Shown one piece after another: positions 36,491 to 46,000 of a stretch of DNA of 64,000 nt. The stretch spans positions 2,838 to 66,837 of the forward strand of contig JAMLHR010000011.1 of NCBI GenBank assembly GCA_023957015.1, read 5' to 3'. The position numbers were made by a program, and so were the translations under genes. Position 1 is the stretch's first letter. Every line of letters begins with the position of its first letter. A model generated the notes under the pieces. It had not been told where the DNA came from. It saw only the letters and a program-made list of their open reading frames with translations, and did no database searches. Source of the stretch: Thermomicrobiales bacterium. GTDB lineage: Bacteria; Chloroflexota; Chloroflexia; Thermomicrobiales; UBA6265.

Positions 36491-37273
36491 ATGAAAACCA
36501 GATTCACAGGTACAATCGGTCTCATGGCAGCAATGTTGTTGCTTGCAACTCCGATGGTCTCCGCACAAACTGCGGAGCCGACAAATGGCACGATCACCGT
36601 CTCGGCGACGGGTGTGGTGACCGCACCGGCCGAATCCGCCATGATCGTGATCACGCTGGGAGCGGACACCAGCATGATGCCGATGCCCGTCGAAGACAGC
36701 ATCGAAACGATCGACGCTACCGCCATTCCTTCCATGGATGACGTGATCGATCCCACACCAGTGGTTGAGACATTGGTAGCGGCAGGCGTACCGATAGAGA
36801 ACATTGAGGTCGTCGAGCAACCGTTCTCCGGTGAATGGGGCGGCATGTTTGGACCAATGCCGGTCTCGTTGATCGTGACCATCGATCAGCCAGATGTTGC
36901 GCACCTCTCCGACCTCCTGCGCCTGACGCGTGAAACAGCCCATGCCAATGGCTGGTTCGTGAATCAGTTTGGTGTCCTCTACCAGGTCAGCGATTGCCGC
37001 CCGCTTCTGCAAGAAGCGCGTGTCAATGCCATGACCAATGCCACCAACTCGGCGAAAGATCAGGCTGTGGCGATGAACCTCACGCTAGGAAGCCCGGTTG
37101 GTAGTCGCGATAACTCCTTGTATGGCGTGATGGGTATGCCGATACCATCTTGCAGCGACGAGCCAACCATGTACCAGACATCACGCGTCTATATGGCGAG
37201 CATGTTTGATCCGACCTTGCCAGCAGAGGTTACCGTGAGTGTGACGATTGATGTCACCTTTGCGGCGGAATAG
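36491..37273 (+). CDS. SIMPL-domain (DUF541) secreted protein
   Basis: Signal peptide MKTRFTGTIGLMAAMLLLATPMVSA. The pattern ITVSATGVVTAPAESAMIVI...AKDQAVAMNLTLGSPV...VTVSVTIDVTF is the SIMPL pattern. Confidence 0.65.
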   Translation: MKTRFTGTIGLMAAMLLLATPMVSAQTAEPTNGTITVSATGVVTAPAESAMIVITLGADTSMMPMPVEDSIETIDATAIPSMDDVIDPTPVVETLVAAGVPIENIEVVEQPFSGEWGGMFGPMPVSLIVTIDQPDVAHLSDLLRLTRETAHANGWFVNQFGVLYQVSDCRPLLQEARVNAMTNATNSAKDQAVAMNLTLGSPVGSRDNSLYGVMGMPIPSCSDEPTMYQTSRVYMASMFDPTLPAEVTVSVTIDVTFAAE

Positions 37274-37344
37274 AAACGTGTCATGAACGCCGCCGCGCAC
37301 TACAATTCACACATGTGATTTGTGAAGCCACGAGGTAGTACCTA

Positions 37345-38514
37345 ATGCAGAGTGCGGCGGCGTTCAATCCGACAATCCATCCAGCAGGCGAAGCTGTCAC
37401 GGCAGGTCCGTGGCAGCTTACGCTACAGCGAGCCGAGCTCGGCAATAGCGCGCTATCCACCCTGCAGGCCGCCAACACCGGCAACGAGGATGCGCCACTG
37501 GATCTGCAATGGGTCATCGCCTATATGCAGGCCACCAATACCTCTGATCAACCCATGGTGATTGGCGTCAGCGACTTCGCGGTCTGTGGTGCCGAGGGTG
37601 TGATGTATCGCACACCCCTCACCGATGGTCCGCACCCGTTGCTACAAGGCATTGTGGGTCCGGGGGAAACGATCGAGGGTGCCGTCCCCTGCTGGGCCGG
37701 CGATCTCAGCAATGTCCTGCTTCAATTCAGCAGTCCGTTGCTCGGCGGGAACTGGGCCGACGCCTGGTTTGCCCTGACCGACGGCGCAACACTGCCAACG
37801 TTTGAGTCCTCTGGAGACGATGCCGGGCTGGGATCATCGCCAGACTCCCCGGCGGCGTTCGGAGATACGGTGCGGTCCGGCGATTTCGAGGTCACCGTGC
37901 TGCGCTATGTCACCGGTCAGGAAGCGTACGATATCGCGCCGACTGGCGTTCGAGCGTTAGCTCTCTGGGAGGATATTGGCAACTGGCATTCCTTCCTGCT
38001 CCGTGTCCGCAACGTTGCTGACAAGCCGCGGTTCTTCAGCTTTGTTGCCCTGCGTCTGACCGATTTCACTGGCGAGCCCTGGGATCATCTGCTCCAACTG
38101 GGTGCACCATTGCCGGATGTGGCCAAGGAACTGCTCCCGGGTACGACCATGGAGGGGTGGTGCAGTATCCAGACCCTGAGTTGGGCATCCCTGGATCTGC
38201 TACGTGTCCAGAACAACGCGATTACGGGTGATCCTCGCTACATTGCCTTCAGCGATACAATGCGCACGAGCAACGCAGTACCCACACCACATGCGGATCT
38301 GGCTGTGGGCGATGTGGTCACCATCACCACCACCCCACTGAACCTGCGCGATGCGCCGTCAACATTCGGGGAGATCGTGACCGAACTGGATGGTTCCAGC
38401 ACGCTAACGATTACGGGTGAAGCAATTGATGCGGATGGATTCACCTGGTACCCGGTCACCGTCACTGATACCGGTGAAAAAGGGTATGTGGCGGGCAACT
38501 ACCTGGCACCATAG
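37345..38514 (+). CDS. Protein with two DUF4352-like beta-sandwich domains and a C-terminal SH3b domain (copy 1, intact)
   Basis: GAGG RBS. The patterns W.LTLQR...QWVIAYMQATNTSDQP..IGVSDFAV.GAEG..Y and FEVTVLRYV...LLRVRNVADKPRFF.F..LRLTDFTGEPW resemble DUF4352. The C-terminus GDVVTITTTPLNLRDAPST.GEIV.EL...GFTWYPVTV...GYVAGNYL is SH3b-like. Confidence 0.6.
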   Translation: MQSAAAFNPTIHPAGEAVTAGPWQLTLQRAELGNSALSTLQAANTGNEDAPLDLQWVIAYMQATNTSDQPMVIGVSDFAVCGAEGVMYRTPLTDGPHPLLQGIVGPGETIEGAVPCWAGDLSNVLLQFSSPLLGGNWADAWFALTDGATLPTFESSGDDAGLGSSPDSPAAFGDTVRSGDFEVTVLRYVTGQEAYDIAPTGVRALALWEDIGNWHSFLLRVRNVADKPRFFSFVALRLTDFTGEPWDHLLQLGAPLPDVAKELLPGTTMEGWCSIQTLSWASLDLLRVQNNAITGDPRYIAFSDTMRTSNAVPTPHADLAVGDVVTITTTPLNLRDAPSTFGEIVTELDGSSTLTITGEAIDADGFTWYPVTVTDTGEKGYVAGNYLAP

Positions 38515-38612
38515 TTTTCCAGATGTCACCGGTTTGTCCGTACAATCGCGGAACGAGCGCTCACCTCGTAGAACGAGATCAGCCACGGAACGGTTCCGAT
38601 GGTTGAGGAGAC

Positions 38613-38767
38613 ATGATCATGGGCTGGCAAGCCTGGACACTCACGATTCTGATCACGGTGTTCGCTGCAATGCAATACGTCCTTGCCTGGAGCGCGATTG
38701 CCGATCTGCTCCACCGCCCTCGCGTGCGTGGCGGCAGCCACCTCACCTGGATTCTCGCCATCCTCTG
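38613..38767 (+). pseudogene. Truncated 5-prime copy of the PLDc_N-domain membrane protein gene (duplication junction product)
   Basis: The first ~51 codons parallel 40337-40483. After the junction the frame reads into SIMPL-derived sequence and terminates at 38831. Confidence 0.75.
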
Positions 38768-39000
38768 CCACCAACTCGGCGGAGGATCAGGCTGCAGCGA
38801 TGAATCTCACGCTAGGAAGCCCGGTTGGTAGTCGCGATAACTCCTTGTATGGCGTGATGGGTATGCCGCTGCCATCCTGCAGCGACGAGCCAACCATGTA
38901 CCAAACATCACGCGTCTACATGGCGAGCATGTTTGATCCGACCTTGCCAGCAGAGGTCACCGTGAGCGTGACGATCGATGTCACCTTTGCGGCGGAATAG
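38768..39000 (+). pseudogene. 3-prime fragment of the SIMPL-domain gene (duplicate, no start or signal peptide)
   Basis: Encodes ATNSAEDQAAAMNLTLGSPVGSRDNSLYGVMGMPLPSCSDEPTMYQTSRVYMASMFDPTLPAEVTVSVTIDVTFAAE, almost identical to the C-terminus of the gene at 36491-37273. Confidence 0.8.
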
Positions 39001-39071
39001 AAACGTGTCATGAACGCCGCCGCGCACTACAATTCACAGATGTGATTTGTGAAACCACGAGGTAGTACCTA

Positions 39072-40239
39072 ATGCAGAGTGCGGCGGCGTTCAATCCCAC
39101 AATCCATCCAGCAGGCGAAGCTGTCACGGCGGGTCCGTGGCAGCTTACGCTACAGCGAACCGAGCTCGGTAACCACGCGCTCACCACCATGCTCAATGCC
39201 AACCAGGCAAATGAGGATGCACCGCTCGATCTCCAGTGGGTGGTGGCTTACCTGCAAGCAACCAACACCTCTGACCAGCCACAGGTGATCAATATCAGCG
39301 ATTTCGCGATCTGCGGTGCCGAGGGTGTGATGTATCGCACACCCCTCACCGATGGTCCCGCGCCATTGCTGCAAGGCATTGTGGGTCCGGGGGAAACGAT
39401 CGAGGGTGCCATTCCGTGCTGGGCAGGAAATCTGAGCAACGTGCTCCTTCAGTTCAGCAGCCCGTTCCTTGGGGGGAATTGGGCGGACGCCTGGTTCGCG
39501 CTCAGCGATGGAGCAACACTACCAACGTTTGATCCAGCTGGTGACGACAACGGCCAGGGATCATCGCCGTCCTCCCCCGCCGCCTTCGGTGAAACCGTAC
39601 GGTCCGGCGATTTCGAGGTCACGATCCTGCGCTATGTCACCGGTCAGGAAGCCTACGATATCGCGCCCGTCGGTGTCCGAGCACTCGGAACCTGGGATAT
39701 CGGGAACTGGCACTCCTTCCTTCTCCGCGTGCGCAATGTCTCCGATAAACCACGATTCTTCAGCTTTGTGGGTGTACGTCTCACCGATTTCACTGGCGAG
39801 CCCTGGGATCACCTGCTTCAGTTGGGTGCGCCGCTACCGGATGTCGCCAAGGAACTTCTCCCGGGAGCCACAATGGAGGGCTGGTGCAGTATCGAAACCC
39901 AGAAGTGGGCTTCGCTTGACCTGCTCCGCATCCAGAACAACGCCATCACTGGTAACGCGCGCTATGTTACCTTCAGCGACGATGTACGGGCCGCGAACGA
40001 GATCCCGACTCCGCACGCCGATCTCGCGGTGGGTGACGTCGTCACCATCACCCAGGCACCGCTGAACCTGCGCGACGCCCCATCGACATCCGGTGTCATC
40101 GTGACGGAGTTGGACGGCACCAGCACACTCACCATCACCGGCGAGGCGGTGGAGGCGGATGGACTTCACCTGGTACCCGGTGACCGTGACGGACACTGGG
40201 GAGAATGGCTATGTCGCAGGCAACTACCTGGCACCATAA
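39072..40239 (+). pseudogene. DUF4352x2-SH3b paralogue (copy 2) with a 1-nt insertion in the SH3b domain
   Basis: Colinear with copy 1 until ggacttcacc (40161-40170) versus ggattcacc in copy 1. The corrected frame would end ...TWYPVTVTDTGENGYVAGNYLAP with a stop at 40237-40239. As sequenced, the ORF runs on to 40370. Confidence 0.6.
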
Positions 40240-40336
40240 CGTTCCGAGTTGTCAAAGAATTGTCCGTACAATCGCGTAAATCATGTGTGCACCGTAAAAT
40301 ATGTTCAGCCACATTCGTGGCTGAGGAGGCACAACC

Positions 40337-40729
40337 ATGGGCTGGCAAGCCTGGACACTCGCGATTCTGATCGCGGTGTCCGCTGCACTGCAATACGCCC
40401 TTGCCTGGAGCGCGATCGCTGATCTGCTCCATCGCCCTCGCGTGCGCGGCGGCAGCCACCTCACCTGGATTCTCGCCATCCTCTGTGTGCCGATTCTCGG
40501 CCCACTTGTCTATGGTGCTATTGGTCCGACGAGCTTCCGCTCGGCTCAGGTCATGACGGCTCCGCCAGATTACGATGAAGCGATCCTGACGCCGACGAAT
40601 GTGACACCATTCCGACGCTCCTCGGGACGGCTGAGCGACTCAATCCCCGTGCAGCGGCCGGGTGTTACGCGCAGTCGCGCGCATAGTTCCGAAGGTGCCG
40701 TGTCCAAGATTCGCCGCCCCGGTGCCTAG
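40337..40729 (+). CDS. PLDc_N-domain (cardiolipin-synthase N-terminal-like) small membrane protein
   Basis: GAGGAGG RBS. WTLAILIAVSAALQYALAWSAIADLLHRP...HLTWILAILCVPILGPLVYGAIG is the two-helix PLDc_N pattern. Confidence 0.7.
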   Translation: MGWQAWTLAILIAVSAALQYALAWSAIADLLHRPRVRGGSHLTWILAILCVPILGPLVYGAIGPTSFRSAQVMTAPPDYDEAILTPTNVTPFRRSSGRLSDSIPVQRPGVTRSRAHSSEGAVSKIRRPGA

Positions 40730-40941
40730 CACATCAGGGCATCGCGTATTTCTTTCTTCCTTATAATTGTGTAATCCTCCACACGCCTGAGAGTCACACC
40801 TCGCAGCCACCGGCGGATTCCCGTATGCTTGTGCGTACGGTGAGCTTCCCGCAATAGCTGACCCACACAACAACACGCCCGCATCGACAAGACCACGTGT
40901 TCGTACAAAGCGCGGACTCGTGCGACAACATGAGGCGATAC

Positions 40942-42294
40942 ATGGCCAGGAATCTCTTCGGACAGAATCGGAATCGTCAATCCGAACGCGAGCGCCAAGC
41001 CCGCGAGCAGGAAGCGCGTCGACGACAAGCTCAGGAACAGCAGCGAGCTGCCCTTGCCGCTCGCGGTGACGGCTATGCCCTCCCGGATATCAACGATGAG
41101 TTCGTCGATTACGACGACTATGAGGATGATCCCGAGGTACTGGAAGCACCCGTGCCCGTTGACCTGCCGAAGACATATCGTGTGCAGGACACGGTAAATC
41201 GTAGCGACGCACAATACCAGGCCCTGCTGGCCGATCTGGACGAACTACGCGGAGTCGTGGGAGCCCTGATTGAGGATCGGGACATGAATCAGGTCCTGAT
41301 CAAACAGCAGGCCGCCGAAATCGCCCAACTCCATCAGATGCTGGAGAAATCAACCAACGATTCACAGCAAGCCGCCCAGGCGGCCGCGCTCAACGAGAAC
41401 CGCACTCGCCAGTTCATTGAGGAACTTGAGGAGCGGCTGGATGATGCGATGCGCCCGGTGCGATCGCTCCAGTCCCACGTCACCGATCTGCTGGAGCAGA
41501 ATCGGCGCAAGGTCGACGACTCCACCCAGAACAAGGAGCGGTTCGGCGAGATCGGTGCCAGCGTCGAACACCTGAGTGCACAAACCGATCGCACCAGCGC
41601 CATCGCCCACAGTCTGCGCGATGGCTTGGACGCGCTCCGCGGCGAGATCGATGAACTCCGCCGCGATATCCTCCGTACCGATGACGCCACCAAGATCGTC
41701 GATCAGGATTCACGCCGTCGTGTCCAGGGTGTAACCGATACCATCGATGGATTCGGAGCCCGGCTGGATGAGATTCGCGCCGATATCGCGCACCTGGATG
41801 AGTCGATCGACGATACGCGCCGCAGCATGGTGCATATCGATCCGTCACTCGATGAGCTGCGTACCGCCGAGCAAGCCCTGCGCGCGGATATGAACAAGCT
41901 GCAGTCAGTTCAGGATGATCGCTACGATCAGGTCGTCGATTCAATTGAGGAGCAGCGTCAGGAAACCGACGCGCGCTTCGATCAGTTGCGTCATACATTG
42001 GAAGAACGTATCGAACGCCTGAACGAACGACTCGAGGAATCCAACGATTCGATTCGCGAGACCGGCTACAAGATCTCCGAGATCAATAGCCAGATCGAGG
42101 AACTGCGCCAACAGGACGCCGCCCTGCATCGCGATACCTGGTATCTCCACGAGCAAAGGGTCCGCGTGCGGCTGGAGCAGGTACAAGAGGAGCTGGACCT
42201 TGCCACAGCGCAGCGTCGAGATGCCGAAGGCGAAGCGCGCGTCGGACTCGGGACACGGATCAGACGCAGACGTGGCGACGCCGCATCCGAGTAA
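40942..42294 (+). CDS. Hypothetical coiled-coil protein with an Arg/Gln-rich N-terminus
   Basis: The ATG at 40942 is preceded by GAGG. About 350 aa of acidic heptad-like repeats follow (LDELRGV..., IDELRRDI..., LDEIRADIAHLDESIDDTRR...). No enzymatic motif. Confidence 0.6.
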   Translation: MARNLFGQNRNRQSERERQAREQEARRRQAQEQQRAALAARGDGYALPDINDEFVDYDDYEDDPEVLEAPVPVDLPKTYRVQDTVNRSDAQYQALLADLDELRGVVGALIEDRDMNQVLIKQQAAEIAQLHQMLEKSTNDSQQAAQAAALNENRTRQFIEELEERLDDAMRPVRSLQSHVTDLLEQNRRKVDDSTQNKERFGEIGASVEHLSAQTDRTSAIAHSLRDGLDALRGEIDELRRDILRTDDATKIVDQDSRRRVQGVTDTIDGFGARLDEIRADIAHLDESIDDTRRSMVHIDPSLDELRTAEQALRADMNKLQSVQDDRYDQVVDSIEEQRQETDARFDQLRHTLEERIERLNERLEESNDSIRETGYKISEINSQIEELRQQDAALHRDTWYLHEQRVRVRLEQVQEELDLATAQRRDAEGEARVGLGTRIRRRRGDAASE

Positions 42295-42320
42295 CATCAC
42301 CTGAATTTCCAGAAATCGAG

Positions 42321-42349
42321 AAAAGTAGTGCACTAATGCACTACTTTTT
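42321..42349 (+). terminator. Rho-independent terminator AAAAGTAGTGCA-ctaa-TGCACTACTTTT plus a T-run
   Basis: 12-bp perfect stem followed by TTTTT, 27 nt after the stop codon. Confidence 0.8.
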
Positions 42350-42662
42350 CGTTACTCCGCGAAACCTTTCCGGTAAGTGATCCAACTGGTCCGATTTGCG
42401 GTACCAACTGGACCACGCTCATTGCGTGTGCAAATTGTGTCCGTACGACACGTACTGTGTGAAAAAGATCACCAAAACTGGCGTCACCATCGCGATATCA
42501 ACCTCGCATCTGGAACTGCACAACGGAGGATGGACACCGTGACACATTATCCAGACACACCGGATAAGCGCATACGTACACAGATATCAACTCCGTGTCT
42601 AAACCCGTATCAATACGTTGTTTTCCCGACAAATCATGCCCATGAGGTGTCGAATTCAATGC

Positions 42663-42692
42663 TTGACACTATACGAGGGGGTTTGTTAGGGT
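42663..42692 (+). promoter_or_regulatory. Candidate sigma-70-type promoter: TTGACA, 18 nt, TAGGGT
   Basis: Perfect -35 hexamer at 42663-42668. TAnnnT-type -10 at 42687-42692. Confidence 0.45.
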
Positions 42693-42699
42693 CATCATG

Positions 42700-43057
42700 T
42701 CCTGATTGTGTGATGACAGATGTTGGGGCATTGTCGCGAACTTCAGGCTTGCCGGCCCTCGCATCACACGGATCGTGAATCCACTTGGATGATCGGACCA
42801 GTTAACACGGAAGATCAGAACCGATCGGCGGAGGATTCTCCCGATCGCGATATTGAGCCAGCAGTTGGCTGCTGTTGTAAGCGCTCAAGCGTTCGCTTTA
42901 AGGGCAATGGCATTGAGACGCCATTGGACAGACGGGGGATGGCCCCGGTCGGTTTCGGAACACTGCATCTGCAGTGCGAAACTCCCACACCAAGCCGACT
43001 GGCTGGTCGGCACGGGTAGACACAGGAGGGGGAAGGGGTTTGTCCACACTTCTCATC
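42700..43057 (+). promoter_or_regulatory. Long structured 5-prime leader of the NlpC/P60 gene; candidate cis-regulatory RNA (possibly ydaO/c-di-AMP class)
   Basis: At least five hairpins: CAGCAG/CTGCTG, AAGCG/CGCTT, CAATGGC/GCCATTG, CACTGCA/TGCAGTG and GCCGAC/GTCGGC. Blocks GTGAATCC, CGGAGGATTCTCCC, GACGGGGGATGGCCCC and CCCACACC..GCCGACTGGCTGG loosely recall ydaO conserved blocks. Confidence 0.35.
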
Positions 43058-46000
43058 ATGCGCACTCACCGCGTCTTGTTATTCAGCCTCGCGGCAATAC
43101 TCATCGCGTCACTCACGGCACCCATGATGGGTGCTGCTTCCACGGATCTCGCCATCGGCGATGTCGCCGTGGTAAGCAATAACGGGAACGGCGCGAATCT
43201 TCGTACCAGCACAACTGATCTCAGCGATAGCACGATCGCGGCCGAGTTGCCCGATGGTATGATTGTCTATGTAGCCGACGGTCCTTTCTTTGAGGATAGT
43301 GGCGCCTGGGTGTGGGTCGAGACCGATTCCTATGGCGGTGGCTATGTTTCCGCCGGTCTTCTGGTTAAGCGGGCGCAGAGCGAAGAAGCCCCGGCTGCTC
43401 CGGAAGAACCAGCAACCGTTTCCGAGTATGCCTGGCTTGAGCCGATAGATAGCGGTGTTGTCGTGGACTACTACGACGAACTGGGTGAAAGCGGTCTGCC
43501 AGTCCTTAACGATGCTTATTACGATGCCGGTGTCCTCGGCTACGCACAGCCAGGTGCCTGGTTCGATGTCACATCCGAGCGGCTCTGGATCGGCGATGCC
43601 AACTTCGTTCGCGTCAACTTCAACGGTGCCGGTGCCTTCGTCGATGGGCGTTTCCTTGCATTGAGCTCCGAGGCTGTGGCCGAGGAACCGGTGGAGGAAG
43701 TGATCTGGATTGATGAGCCGGTCGAAGAGGTCGCCGAGGTTCCATCCGAAGAGATCATTGAGACCGAGGTCGTCGAGGTCCCGGTCGAGGATGTCACCGA
43801 GGTGGCTACCGACGAGATCGTTGAGACCGAGGTTGTCGAGGATGTCACCGAGGTGGCGACTGACGAGATCGTTGAGACCGAAGTCGTCCAGGTCCAGGCT
43901 GAGGATGCCACCGAGGCTCCCACTGACGAGATCGTTGAGGCAACTCCGACCGAAGATGTCCAGGCAACGCCGACCGACGAGATCATCCCAACGGAAGACA
44001 CCGAGGGAACACCGACTGACGAGGCTGTTGAGACAGCCACGCAGGATTCGTCCGTAGAGACACCGACGGAAGCAGCGGCCACGGAAACAACCGATGATGC
44101 CGCACCAACAGATGTTGTTGAAGAATCCACCGAGTCTGTGACCGAGGAAACCGCCACGGAAGCACCTGTCGAAGCAGAAGTGACCGTGGTGCCAACTGAA
44201 CCCGTCGTGATCGCCTCCACAGCGAACTCTTTCGATGCCAACACGTCTATCGGTTCCGCCACGGTAACTGGTACCATCAGCGGTCTTGTCTGCCGCGCGT
44301 CGGCTGACCCCGCGGCACCCGCCCTCATGACGTTGGCGGAAGGCACCAAGGTGCAAGTCTTCGCCGAGCCGGTAAACGGCTACCTGGGAATCGACTGCGC
44401 TGGCCTGCAGGGCTATGCGGATGTCAATTACCTCTGGTCAGGCGGAGCGGGTGACGGCGAGATCACCGCTGCCCAGATGAGCGTTGTTGTCACAGGTACC
44501 GGTAGCAGCTTGAACTGCCGCGCCGATGCCAGCCTGAGCGCCGGTGTTATCACCTCGCTGAAGGATGGCACCGTGCTCACCACACGTGGTGCTGCCAGCA
44601 ACGGCTGGACACCCGTCATCTGCGGTGGCAAGAACGGCTTCGTCTCCACCACATGGATCGAAGTGAAAGCCGGAGCCAGCAACAACAGCAACTCTGGCAA
44701 CAACACCTCCACTACCAGTGGCAGCGCGATCGTGAACACGGGTGGCGATAGCCTCTACTGCCGCTCGGGTGCGGGTACCACCTATGGTGTGATCACCACA
44801 CTCCGCAATGGCGCCAGTGTCGCCGTCCGCGGCACACAGCAGGGTGCCTGGTTGCCAGTCACCTGTGGTGGCAAGGCTGGCTTCGTCCATTCCGACTACG
44901 TGAAGGTGAGCGCGGATACTTCCACTCCCACCGATTCCGGCACGAAAAATGACTCCACAACCGCAACCGGTACGGTCACCATCGCGAACACCGGCGGTCA
45001 GCGCCTCAACTGCCGCAATGGTGCGGGTACCAACTCAAGCGTGATCACCTCCCTGGCGCTTGGCCAGACGGTACCCACGCGCAGCGGTTCCGTGAGCGGC
45101 TGGACAGCCGTGGTCTGCGGTGGTCAGAACGGATTCGTTTCCAGCGAGTTCGTCTCCGGCGGTGGCACCACCACCACACCAACTCCTGATACAGGCAACA
45201 ATGGCAACGGAACCGTCTCCGGTGAGACTGGTACCGCAACCGTAAATACCGGTGGCGATGGCCTCTACTGCCGCACCGGTGCCGGCTCAAGCTACGGCGT
45301 GATCACCACACTGCGCAATGGCACTCAGGTGACCACCCGCGGTGCCGCCTCCAATGGTTGGATGCCGATCATCTGCGGCAGCAGCAACGGCTGGGCTTCC
45401 GCGACCTATCTGCAGATGGGTTCGAGCAATAACAACAACTCTGGCAACACCGGCACGACCAAGCCAAGCGGCCTTACGACGAACGACCACGCCAAGGTCT
45501 CCTCAAGCGTGAACCTGCGGTACGAGGCTTCAATGTCCTCTGGCGTCGCCGTGCTGGTCCCGGAGAGCACTGTGGTTCTGGTTACCGGTGCGGTTTCCAA
45601 CAACTTCTACCCGGTGGACTACGATGGCCTCAAGGGCTTCATCCACCAGGATTACCTGACCAAGACCACGGAAGCGCTGAGCAAGCGCGGTGGTTCCGGT
45701 ACCCCGGGGACCACAACTCCGACGCCGACCGAGCCCACGAATCCAAACGGTAGCGCCATGGTCAGCTACGCCATGCGGTACATCGGGTACCCGTATGTGT
45801 GGTCCACACATGGTCCGAGCAGCTTCGATTGCTCCGGTTTCACCTACTGGGTCGTGAAGAACGTCCTGGGTAAGGACATCGGCTGGGGTACCTGGACACA
45901 GGTTGCCGCTGGCAAGCCAGTCTCGCGCGATGCGTTGCAGCCAGGCGATCTGGTCTTCTTCCAGAACACCTACACGGCTGGTCTCTCCCACGTGGGTATG

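Larger units (their letters stand above)
37041..40483 (+). repeat. Tandem segmental duplication: unit 1 at 37041-38767 and unit 2 at 38768-40483
   Basis: Each unit holds the 3-prime 233 bp of the SIMPL gene, the intergenic region, the DUF4352-SH3b gene, and the 5-prime ~155 bp of the PLDc_N gene. The junction ...cctctg|ccaccaactcgg fuses PLDc_N codon ~52 to the interior of SIMPL. Confidence 0.9.

Noticed and set aside
37041-40483. Possibility that the two diverged repeat units are the template and variable repeats of a diversity-generating retroelement.
   Set aside because: No reverse transcriptase or accessory gene is present in the window. The substitutions between the copies involve all four bases, not adenine-specific changes. 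The repeats span whole genes plus intergenic DNA.
40726-41214. 162-aa minus-strand ORF with hydrophobic stretches overlapping the start of the coiled-coil gene.
   Set aside because: It overlaps the better-supported plus-strand gene and its promoter region. It has no RBS and no recognisable domain, so it is probably spurious.
42380-42414. Direct repeat CCAACTGG(T/A)CC occurring twice, 23 bp apart, in the AT-rich region after the coiled-coil gene. It could be an iteron-like or operator pair.
   Set aside because: There are only two short copies. There is no adjacent replication or regulator gene and no further support, so chance cannot be excluded.
43690-44030. Regularly spaced ~51-bp direct repeats that could superficially look like a CRISPR array.
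   Set aside because: They are in-frame inside a long ORF and encode an acidic (E/D/T/V) linker. The 'spacers' are themselves repeat variants. No cas genes are present.
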